Source: Squalus acanthias (taxonomy: Eukaryota). Taken from it: 64,000 nucleotides of DNA. The stretch's first letter is position 1; the number at the start of each line of letters is the position of its first letter. The position numbers and the translations under genes were made by a program. Shown one piece after another: positions 21,963 through 33,198 of the stretch. The stretch covers positions 64,606,001-64,670,000 of the forward strand of contig CM059438.1 in assembly GCA_030390025.1 (NCBI GenBank), given 5' to 3'. The notes under the pieces were generated by a model. That model saw only the letters and a list, made by a program, of their open reading frames with translations. It searched no databases and was not told where the DNA came from.

Positions 21963-22405
21963 AGGAACATAGGGACAGGGGTAGGCCATTCAACCACTGG
22001 AGCCTGTTTTGTCATTCAGTTAGATCATGGCTGATCTGTATCTTAACTCCATCTACCCGCCTTGGTTCCGTAACCCTTAATATCCTTGCCTAACAAAAAT
22101 CTAGCAATCTCAGTTTTAAAATTTTCAATTGACCCCCAGCCTCAACAGCTTTTTGGGGAGAGAGTTCCAGATTTCACCTGCCCTTTGTGTGAAGAAATGC
22201 TTCCTGACATCATCCCTGAATGGCCTAGCTCGAATTTTAAGGTTATGTCCCTTGTTCTGGACTCCCCCACCAGGGGAAATAGTTTCTCTCTATCGGCCCT
22301 ATCAAATCCTTTAATCATCTTAAACACCTCAATTGGATCATCCCTTAATCTTCTATGCTCAAGGGAATACAAGCCTCGTCTATGCAACCTTTCCTCATAA
22401 TTTAA
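21963..22405 (-). mobile_element. CR1 3' fragment
   Basis: YEERLHRRGLYSLEHRRLRDDPIEVFKMIKGFD plus 3' UTR. Confidence 0.9.
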
Positions 22406-22700
22406 CTCACATTGTTGTGCTACTGTGAAAATCTTGGTATTAATAAAACAGGTAAGAGACACAACAGAGCTGCTCTTGTGTGTCTCTTAAATATTTCCTC
22501 CACAGCCTATGTCATTTACGAAACTTACTACCTAATGGTTGAAAAACAGTATAGCCAAAATCATCAGCCCTCGCCATTCAGTAACTCCAATCAGTCCAAG
22601 GAACAAAAACAATATTACATTGAGCAGTACAAAAAGTCAGCATAAATTGCCAGTGGGGAAGCTTCACTATACCACTTATCCTCTCTGGAACACAGTCTCT

Positions 22701-24452
22701 GGGCTGGATTTTAGCAACCTCAGGTGGGTCTGTGGCAGGCGATGTCGATGGCGGATTCCAGCCTCGCTGCTGGCTCCAGCTCGCTGTGTAGAATGCTTTT
22801 CCCCTGATTGGGCTTGTTAAGCCCCGCCCAGTGCGTTTGCCGGCCAGTTGAAGGAAGCGGGTCTGATGACGTCATATGATGGTGTCATTTAATGACGCGT
22901 CATCTGCCGGTTTCCTTAAAGGGACCATGTGCAAATTAATTTTGACATTTGTGCTGTCAGTGTTCTACAGCATTGAGGTGCTGCAAACACTGACAATGAC
23001 TGCACGAAGGTGCAGGGCTGCACCCAGGCTCTCCCATGACTCCCTCCATATGCTTATGGGGGGAGTCACAGCACACAGTGAGGTTCTCTTCCCTTCCAAT
23101 AGGCGGAAGAGCCCTCCCCAGGAGACCAACACAACCTGGTTACACATTGCACATGAGGGCACAAGCAGGGATGTCGTCAGGAGGACCAGGCTGCAGTGGC
23201 GCAAACCTTTCAATGATCTCACTAGATCACGAAACGTTACTGCAAAGCCACACTCAACCTCATCCTCCTGTGCCACTCATCACATTCCCATCACTCTGCC
23301 TTCCCTACCCTACTCCTGCACATCCTTACTCTTACCAACTTACCTTGCACCTCCACCCATCCTTCTCTGTCTACATTATCACTTCCCCATCTCACTAGCC
23401 ACCCCTCATACTCACCCTCATCCTTGTCCAATCATACCAACTAACAACACACAAGGGTAGCCACTTGTGTGTTTTAGCCAATATTCATGTGAAGTTTCTG
23501 TTAATGTGGTGTCAAACATTGAAATCTTTATTTTCAACACTTTCCGTTCTTGGACAGATTTGTGTGCACCTTTGGAAGTGGCTTAGTGAGTTGCAGTGAA
23601 TGGTGAGACATAACAGTACCACCCGCAATGCTGATGAGTGTGAAAAGAATGGCTTGGGCATTGTAGGGATGCTTTATGGTGCTGGTGTGGGGTGGTGCCA
23701 ACCTGGCATATCATGTGGCAACCAGGGTGTGCAGCGTCAAGTGAAGTAAATGTGGCCATGGTGAGGCCATTGCTGGCATCCTGGGCAGCAATGTGCTCGG
23801 GTGCTGATGCCCTGTGTCCTGTGCAGCATCAGTTATCAGTTGATTGTGGAGAAGGCTGGTGTTGTTGGTGCTGCTGGTGTGCCTGGTGATTCTAGTGTTG
23901 GGGCTGATCATGGTGGGATTCTGAGGACCAAGATGAGATAGTTTCAAGAGCACTGATGCTGATGGAAGTAGAGATGACAGAAGCAATCTGTCAATAGTGG
24001 GAGAGGCAATGAGGTCAGACTGGATGGAAACTTGTGTAAATACTTGCAGCATTCTGAATCTGTCGTGGAAATGCAGTTTAGAGAAGCTAGTGGCTAAGAG
24101 AAGATATCTCAATCAGCTGGGAGCTTTGACTTGACATTTGAAGCTGTCAACTCATCAACTGAAACAATGGCAAATGATCTCCTGCCTCAGCTTCACTGAC
24201 GAGGCATAGGCACAGGGGAAACTGGTGGGCGACCTGTCAATTCCAAAAAGCTGGGAAAAAAAGCATTGTTAAGTGTCTGTAAACAAGCCACTAATGATTT
24301 CAATTGCCTCCCCCGCCGCTGCAGACCCGATATTTGGGAAAGGTGCATGGCGACGGGTTGACAGCGGGTTCCTGACCCGTTGTCAAAAAAAAACATTTTC
24401 CCACCCAATCCTTCACCGATCTCGTCCGCTGACCCCCTGGAAAATTCTACCC
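22701..24452 (+). mobile_element. Non-autonomous Harbinger derivative (1752 bp) retaining a degenerate Myb/SANT exon
   Basis: TIR GGGCTGGATTTT / AAAATTCTACCC, TSD TCT; ORF 22876-23460 contains RAAPRLS...W..IA...RRTRLQWRKPFNDL. Confidence 0.88.
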
Positions 24453-24889
24453 TCTATCTCTACCTCTATTTTTCTCTCTCTCAGATGATTGGCTCTCATT
24501 GCCTGGAGCGCAGTCCCTTGTTCTCAGAAGTTCAAACACAGAGTTAACTATCACATGCTGAACCAGAGTTTGTGGAGACTGAAGCAGGTTGAGGGAACTC
24601 TCATGCCTCTGTATGATGGTGTCAGATCTTCTCTGACCCGAGCAACCAAAGTTGGTGAAATATGTGTTCTTGTCACAGTTGCCTCTGGTTGCGCCTGATA
24701 ATGATCATAAAAGAAAAATGGCATGCGATTATTTTTTTTAAGTAAAAGCCTCACTTTCTGTCAGCTATCTTTATGGGAATGCTGGATTAAGTTGATAATC
24801 TTGTAAAGCAAATCTCTCCACCTGTGAAATTGCACAACACAGCCAACTAAAGCTCAATGCCCTTATTGTTAACAGTTGGCAGAGATGCG

Positions 24890-25717
24890 GGGCTGGATTT
24901 TGTCAGTCCCGAGGAGGCGGGCATGGAGGCGGGACAGCCAGTAAAGTTGCAGAATGTGGGGGCGGCTGGCAAACCCGCCCCCATCCCACCTCCGTGCCCT
25001 TTTGCCAGGAGGCGGGAACCCCTCCTGCCCTGGGTCCCGTCTCCTCGAGGTGGGAAAGGGATTACATCCTATTAACTGCCTGTTAAGAGGTAGTTAACAG
25101 GCAGAAAAAAGGATTATTCCCATTTTACCTTTTCAAGTGCAGGCTTCCCGACCTCGGAGAACCCTGCCGGGGTGTAGGAGGTGAGTAGGAGGTCTGCGGG
25201 TGTCGGAGGGGTCTGAAAGTGCAATGTAGAGGTGAGTGATGGGTGCAAGTGCGGAGTGGTAAGTATGTAAGGTGAGTGTTAAGTGCTATAAAATGTTCAC
25301 TTACCTTTCTTTCTGCCTACAGCCTTCAGCCGCTGTGGATCAGGAGTCCCAACATCTTCATTGTAGATTTCACAGACTGGCTGTTGGATCCTCCGATCCA
25401 ACAGCCAGGTGATTTCTGCAAAGTTGAAAGGTTTGATGAGTCCTGAACACAAGGTCTCATCAAACTACACAGAATGTCAGAGCTGTCAAATGTTGACATT
25501 TCTTCTTTCAAGAAATCTTGACAGATGGCACATCAGACGTTGACGTGCTCTGTCACTGACTTCCCTCTAATTGGCCTGCTGAGCCCGCTGGGCGGGCTTA
25601 ACAAGGTCAATCAGGGGAAAATCCTGCTGGTTGGCCAGAGGCTGATGGAGGCAGGACTGAGACCCGGCAAGCAGCAGTCCCGCCTCCAACACAGTCTCCA
25701 TTGAGAAAATCCAGCCC
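24890..25717. mobile_element. Harbinger-type MITE, same family as 2059-2903
   Basis: Same perfect 12-bp TIR and colinear interior; TSD not preserved. Confidence 0.85.
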
Positions 25718-26066
25718 AAGGTAAAAATTTAAGTTGTTATTGGATGAAGAGAAAAACAACTTAGAAGGCTTGAAAATATTTGGGAAAGAAAATACATCGG
25801 CTGAGTGTCGGATGAACACTGGTCGGCTGCTTGTTAACTTCCCCACCCGTCAATTGTCTCCACAATACCCATTGGTTCCTACCGTCCAACCATGTGAAAC
25901 AACATATCCCCAATGATGAACATCGTTTTTTTCCCAGTTAATGGCCAATTGTTTCTTTCATTATCATTCACCTGTATTGACTTGACTAAAATGCCTGTTG
26001 AATGATTCAATGTGTTGCTCTGCTTTTGGTCACATTGTGTGAACAAAATTAGCCCATTTAATTGCC

Positions 26067-26166
26067 GAAAGCTTGTGATTTCAAATAAAGCTGTTGGACT
26101 ATAACCTGGTGTTGTGCGACTTCTCACATTTGTCCACCCCAGTCCAACACCGGCATCTCCACATCA
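26067..26166 (+). mobile_element. Penelope-like 3' end, 100 bp
   Basis: Identical to 5240-5339; TSD CATTTAATTGCC (26055-26066 and 26167-26178). Confidence 0.92.
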
Positions 26167-27208
26167 CATTTAATTGCCAGTTAAGATCTTTTCAAATGCA
26201 TTCAGCAATTTGGAATAATGAAACACAAATCCTTTTATACACTATCCTCAGTGTGGCGGAGTTACATTTGCTTGTACCTGCCCAACCAGCGACTTATTAC
26301 CATATTATGCTGAAAACCAGAACCTATATTTCTCTTCAGAACAGCAACCATTATCATGCTCCTTTTAGCTACCTCTGCACAACCAGAAGGATTACCTTGT
26401 GTTAGATTAATGAAACAAAATCATGTTCCATTAGACCAGACCAGATTCCCATAAAACAACCAAGCTTTGTTGTTCACTTGCAACACACTAAGTTTTCAAT
26501 GCTAACTATGTACTTCAAACAAAAGTGATTTAATATTATTACAGGCACAGTAATAGATCAAAGCAGCTTCAGAGTGATTCATTTCTGGCCTTGCTTAATG
26601 TGCTCTGCTGACGTTTGTTGTATGATGATGGAAGGGCGTTGATAATGGACTTTAGACAGCATGTGGGGAGGACAATGTTTCATGTAACTTGCGTGACAGG
26701 CAGACCAGCAACTTCCCTTTGTCTTTTCTGAATATGAATAAGGAAGCATAAGCCTTGATCTGTAAGTGTTATCCTTTAACTTAGTGGCTGCAGAAAATGA
26801 GGAAAATTGAAATACAGAAGCAAGAACTTCAAACAATTTAATCTAAAAGAAATGAAATGTTACTGACTTATGAGTATCACAGAACATTCTCTTTCCATGT
26901 TATTTATCATAGGTATCTAAGTAGCAGGTCTTGATGGGCATTGCTATACTTTTGGAGACATTTTTAGGAATCTCCATTCCAATAGAACACTGTTTCAAGG
27001 CTACTGCATCAGTGACAAGTGAAAGGTTTGAGATGCAGATAAAATATTGAGTCAGAATTTATTGTCAAAACAATGGCAACGCTAATAGTGCTCACCGTTA
27101 TTTATGGGTAAATGGTACAGCCATTTCAGGCAAGGAGCCAATGCGCGGTTAAATGTAAATAGCCAGAAGTTGTGAGTCACAAGATTCTGAGTTGAAGTCC
27201 AACACTTG

Positions 27209-30200
27209 GGGCTGGATTTTCCGGGGGGGTCAGCGGACGCGATCGATGGTGGGTTGGATGGGAAAGTGTTATTTTTCCCCAGCGGGTCAGGATCCCGCTG
27301 TGAACCCGCTGCCATGCGCCTTTCCCCGATGTTGGGTCTGTCAGCGCTGAGCAGACCCGACACGCAGCGGCGGGGGACCCAATTCAGGTTATTAGTGGCT
27401 TGTTTAGAGCCACTTAAGAATTAATTTCAGCTCACCTTCTGCATTCGACAGCTCGCCCACAGGGTCCACGCTGGTCGTGGACCACGTCTGTCAAGCTGAG
27501 GTGGGAGTTCAGTGGCCATTCAATCAGCTGTTGAGTTGACAGCTTCAAATGTACAGTAAAAGCTCCCACCTTACAGAGATATCTTCCCTCAGCCATAAAC
27601 TCTTCCTCACTGCATTTCCACAACAGATTCACCATGCTGCAAGTCTTTACACAAGTCTCCATCCAGTCTCACCTCATTACCTGTCTCACCATTGACAGAT
27701 TGCTTCTGTCTTCTCTACTTCATCTGCCATCTATTCCATCAGCATGGGTGCCCTTTATACTCTCTCACCTTGGCCCTCAGAATCCCACCACGATCAGCCC
27801 CAACACCTGCAGCACCAGGCACACCAGCAGCACCAACAACAACACCAAGCTTCTCCGCAATCAACTGATTCTGCACAGTACAGAGGGCATCAGCACCCGA
27901 CCGTATTGCTGCCTATGAGGCCAGGGATGGCCTCACCATAGACAGATTTACTTCACTTGACGCTGTACACCCTGGCTGCCACATGGTGCGCCAGGTTGGC
28001 ACCACCCCACACCAGCACCGTGAAGCATCCCTACAATGACCAAGCCATTTCTTTCACACTCATCACCTTGCGGGGGGTACCATTATATCTCACCATTCAC
28101 GACAACTCACTAAGCCACTTCCAAAGGTGCACACAAATCTATCCAAGAACACAAAGTGTTGAAAATAAAGGTTTCAATGTTTGACACTACATTAACAGAA
28201 ACTTTACATGAACATTGCATAAAACACCCAAGTGCCTACCCTTGTGTGTTGTTAGTTGGTATGATTGGACTAGGATGAGGGTGTGTGAGGGGTGGCTAGT
28301 GAGATGGGAATGTGATAATGTAGATAGAGAGGGATGGGTGGAGGTGCAAGGTAGGTTGATATGAGTAAGGATGTGCAGGAGTAGGGTAGGGAAGGCAGAG
28401 TGATGGTGTAAAATTCGCAAATTATCGCGATTTCGAAATAACGAGAAAAAGAGCCACAGATTCGTTAAAACAGTTTTATTTCAGCAAAATGCTGTCAGGT
28501 TTCAAAACGGACACAAGAAGCCTGTAAAATGGCTGCCGCGCCTCGTGGCAGAAGTTTCTAGACTTTCAGTAGGCAGACAAGATGGCGTTCCAATAAACAT
28601 TTCAGCAAGATCGGACAATGCTCAGCATATATTGATATAAGACAAGACGTGATCGTTTTGCATTTTTGACACCTAAGCAAGAAATATAAGTGCTGGAATC
28701 GGTTTTCCATACACAAACGGGGGCTATTGTACTGAGCAATCAAGGGCCCATCCAAAGACATTGATACGCAAATTCCCCGCGGCTCTACGATGAGAGAGCC
28801 GTTCGCGGGTACTCACAGCAAGAATTCAGAGGCCCCCAAAACCCCTCCAGGGAGACTCCTAGCCGGTTCCACTATGGGAGAAACATTAACGGGCACTTAG
28901 ACAGTTACAAGTATCACCGAAACCCATTAACGACAAGAACCACCCCATACAAGAAGTTTGAGCGCCAAAACATGACAAAAGATGAACATTAAGTTTGGGC
29001 GGGAGATAAGGAATTACAGTACTATAACTGTAGTGTCCAAACGTCCATCGCTCTCTTATCCTTTTCATTCGCTTGGAATCGTCTCTTGGCTCTTATCCCG
29101 GACGACCGTTATTCTCTCTTGTTCCGCTGATCCCATTTGGGGTCGACCTCGTGGCGTGCTGCGAAATCGGGTGCACCATCCCGAAGGTCGGTAAACGGTG
29201 TCTGGACCCGAAGGCCCGAGGAGATGAGATGAGATGAGAAGAGAAGAAGAAGAATCCACGTGCCGCCGCGGTCAGTAAACCCCGACCGCGCCCGTAAATA
29301 TAAAGATCATTTTTGAACTCTACAGGTTACTGCATGAACTGGTCAAAGACTCTTCTTTGAATTCTACCGGCTAACTGGTGTCGGTCCAGAAAGACTTTTC
29401 TTTGAGTTCTACAGCCGGGCCCGAGCACTGTCGAGTTCTTCATGACAACGGGGAGCCCAGCCTGCTTGCAGCAGCAGAGAAAATAAACAAGTGGGGTACA
29501 GAGACCCCTGGTCAACACGTGAACGGTCAGGTGTTGCAGCGAAAACAGCCGAGCACCGTTTTAGAATTCTCCGAGGTATTACGAGTGGTGAGCATGTTTC
29601 TAGATCCTACAGATCTAGATTAGAGCAGCCATTGATAGGGGAGGGGGGTTTATTAAGGATAATTATAATGTGTGTCCCCTTTTACGATGTGTCGTGCGCT
29701 CCTCGTTTCCCTAAACCTAGTTTAATAAATGTATGTAAGCTTGTACTGTCATTAATCTGTGCTTATGACATGTATTTCATAGTTCTGAACAATATGCAAT
29801 AAAGATTTCCATTTCGTACTATTCGACCGGGTCTACCTGAGTTTTTCTCTGCATTACTGCTCTCGCACCTAAGTCCAGTGTCAGAACCGTAAGGGCGAGT
29901 GGGTCGAACCACTCACAGGTGTTTAGTGCTACAAGGCTGGCTGGAGACCAGAGCAAGCAATAGTATTAGGCAACGAAGGCCTAACCCCGCACAAGCACCT
30001 AGGACCGTAACCCCTTACAATGGGGATGTGATGAGTGGCACAGCAGGATGAGGTTGAGTGTGGCTTTGTACTAACGTTTTGTGATCTACTGAGACCATTG
30101 AAATGTTTGCGGCATTGCACTCAGGCCCTCCTGCCCATATCCCTGCTTGTGCCCTCCTGTGCAATTTGCAACCAGGCTGTGTTGATCTCCTGGGGAGGTC

Positions 30201-30555
30201 TCTTCCACCCATGGGAAGGGCAGAGGACCTCCCTGCATGCTGTGACTCCCTCCATAAGCATCTCTGTACAGTGCTTGTCACTGTTTGCAGCACCTCAATG
30301 TTGTAGAACACTGACAGCACAAATGTCAAACTAAATTTGGCCATAGTCCCTTTATGGAAACTGGCTGATGATGCGTCATCAAATGACATCACCAGACCCG
30401 CTTCCTCTAATTTGCCGACAAACGCGCTGGACGAGCTTAACAAGCCCAATCACGGGAAATTCATTTCAGAGGCCGGGATGGAGACAGCAGTGGAGTCAGG
30501 ACCAGCCACCGACATCACCCGCCACGGACCCGCCGAGGTTAGTAAGATTGCAGCC
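27209..30555 (-). mobile_element. Non-autonomous Harbinger derivative (same family as 22701-24452, inverted), split by a solo LTR
   Basis: Starts GGGCTGGATTTT, ends AAGATTGCAGCC, flanks TTG/TTG; colinear with the reverse complement of 22701-24452 apart from 28407-30023. Confidence 0.85.
28407..30019 (+). mobile_element. Long solo LTR (1613 bp) of an unassigned LTR retroelement or endogenous retrovirus
   Basis: TGTAA...TTACA termini, 4-bp TSD ATGG (28403-28406 and 30020-30023), empty site visible at about 23283-23295, TATA-like motifs at 29023 and 29299, AATAAA at 29798. Confidence 0.88.
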
Positions 30556-30589
30556 TTGAACTTGTGTGGATAATCTAGGCTGACACTCC

Positions 30590-30705
30590 AGAGGAAATGG
30601 TTTCCCTGTATCTAGCCCATCAAATCCCTTTATCATTTTAAAGACCTCGATTAGAGCACCCCTCCACCTTCTAAACTCAAGGGAACACAAGCCAAGGTTA
30701 TGAAG
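30590..30705 (-). mobile_element. CR1 fragment
   Basis: CSLEFRRWRGALIEVFKMIKGFDGLD. Confidence 0.8.
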
Positions 30706-31424
30706 TCCCCGATCTTAACCCGTTCCACACGTTTAATTTTCACACTTCCAGCAAAATATTACAAACCGAATCCTTTAAGTGTACATTTGTGAAAATTGCC
30801 CTGGATAATCCATCTGAAGAACAGCCAATTTCTTAACATCAATCTAAATCATGTCAAGTAATGCGACTCTCACGGCATCTGAGACATTCTTTACAGATTT
30901 TGTTTTACAAGTAATAACATTTAAAATCACTTCATTCCCAGTTAGTTGGCCTTGAGCAGCATTTGTATTTTGCAGTTTTACGGACTGTGTGAGAGAGGAC
31001 ATTTAAAATATCTGTGCTGCTCTGTGAGAATAGGTCAGCTTCCTCAGTCTTTACTGTCTCGCTTGTTTTTTTTTTCTCTACTTGAGAAAGCTTGGTGAAG
31101 GGTCAAGGCCCTCAGTCCAGAACATGGCTACGTTTGAAAAGAATAGGAGAGAAGGTGAGGAAAATCTGGAGGCACTGTTCGGGGATACGGAAACTTCATT
31201 TTAATTTGTAGGAGAGAGGGGGAGGCCTAAGGGAAGTAAAGACTGCCTCAATAAGGCTCTTAATTCTGTGCAGTGTAAGGCTTTACAAAGTGTCCTTTAA
31301 TGGTGTCCTAATCGGCTTATTTCATTTCATTATGTAGATCATTCTTATTCCTCTCTTGTCTTTTTCAATGCACATTCCACGGAAATCATCTGGCGGATCA
31401 CTAGCTGAAAAATACAGAGATTCT

Positions 31425-31730
31425 AAACATAGAATTGCATAAGGTTACAGCACAGAAACAGGCTACTCGGCCCGATTGCTCTATGCCGGTGTTTATGCTC
31501 CACACAAGCCTCCCCCCATCCTACTTTATCTAACCTTATCTGCATATCCTTCTATTCCTTTCTTCCTCATGTGTTTACCTTGCATCCCCTTAAATGCATC
31601 TATGCTATTCACCTCAATTAATCATTGTGGTAGTGAGATCCCCATTCAAACCAGTCTTTGGGAAAAGAAGTTTCTCCTGAATTCCCTACTGGATTTATTG
31701 GTGACTATCTTGGATTTAAGACCCCTAGAT
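31425..31730 (-). mobile_element. CR1 3' fragment
   Basis: EFRRNFFSQRLV and CR1-type 3' UTR. Confidence 0.8.
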
Positions 31731-32028
31731 TTGGTTTCCCAAAAAACCCAACAATAACAGGTGTTTTTATACTGCTCCTTGTGTAGAGAATAATGCAATA
31801 AGATTTTCGTCTTTACTGCCTGAGTGTAGCACAGGGAGGAAAATTGAGTGGACAGGATCAAATGTCTGTTGCAGAATGCACAGAAGGATAATCAGGCAAC
31901 CTCTGTTACCGTCTCTGCCAGCGTTTCCTCTCTGCACTCTGCCGATGCTTAGCACCCGGGCGGTAAAGGTGAAAATCCACACCAATCGCTTTACAGCAAT
32001 ATGATCATAGAGCAGGCGAGAAAAATGG

Positions 32029-33198
32029 TGCCCTTGACATCAAGGCAGCAGTATGACCGAGTGTGGCATCAAGGAGCCCTAGTAAAACTGAAGTCAATGG
32101 GAATCGGGGGGAGAACTCTCCACTGGCTGGAGTCATACCTAGCAGAAAGGAAGATGGTTGTGGTGGTTGGAGGTCAATCATCACAGCCCCAGGACATCGC
32201 TGCAGTAGTTCCTCAGGGCATTGTGCTAGGCCCAACCATCTTCAGCTGCTTCATCAATGGCCTTCCTTCCAACATAAGATCAGAAATGGGGATGTTCGCT
32301 GATGACTGCACAGTGTTCAGTGCCATTAACAACTTCTCAGATAATGAAGCAGTCCATGCCCGCATGCAACAAGATCTGGACAACGTTCAGGCTTGGCATG
32401 ATAAGTGGCAGGTAACATTCATGCCACACAAGTGCCAGGCAATGACTATCTCCAACAAGTGAGAGTCTAACCACCGCCCCTTGACATTCAACGGCATTAC
32501 CATCGCCGAAACCCCCACCATCAACATCCTGGGGGTCACCATTAACCAGAAACTTAACTGGACTAGCCACATAAATACTGTGGCAACAAGAGCAGGTCAG
32601 AGGCTGGGTATTCTGCAGCGAGTGTCTCACCTCCTGACTCCCCAAAGCCTTTCCACCATCTACAAGGCACAAGTAAGGAGTGTGATGGAATACTCTCCAC
32701 TTGCCTGGATGAGTGCAGCTCCAACAGCACTCAGGAAGCTCGACACCATCCAGGACAAAGCAGCCCACTTGATTGGCACCCCATCCACCACCTTAAACAT
32801 TCACTCACTCCACCAGTGGCGTACCGTGGCTGCAGTGTGTACCATCTACAAGATGCACTGCAGCAACTCGCCAAGGCTTCTTTGGCAGCACCTCCCAAAC
32901 CCACGACCTCTTCCACCTCAAAGGAAAAGGGCAGCAGGCACATGGGAACACCACCACCTCCAAGTTCCCCTCCAAGTCACATACCATCCTGACTTAGAAG
33001 TATATCGCCGATCATTCATCGTCGCTGGGTCAAAATCCTGGAATTCCCTCCCTAACAGCACTGTGGGAGTTGCTTCACCACACGGACTGCAGCGGTTCAA
33101 GAAGGCAGCTCGCCACCACCTTCTCATGGGCAATTGGGGATGGGCAATAAATGCTGGCCTTGCCAGGGATGCCCACATCCCATAAACAAATAAAAAAA
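32029..33198 (+). mobile_element. CR1-group LINE (second family), RT and C-terminus, 5'-truncated
   Basis: DRVWHQG, VPQGIVLGPTIF, MFADDCTVF, YKAQVRSVMEY; A-rich tail. Confidence 0.92.

Noticed and set aside
26579..26788. Minus-strand open frame after a strong acceptor
   Set aside because: No recognisable protein and no partner exon identified.
29378..29623. 81-aa ORF inside the long LTR as a viral accessory gene
   Set aside because: GTG start, short, no motif; cannot be supported without other copies.
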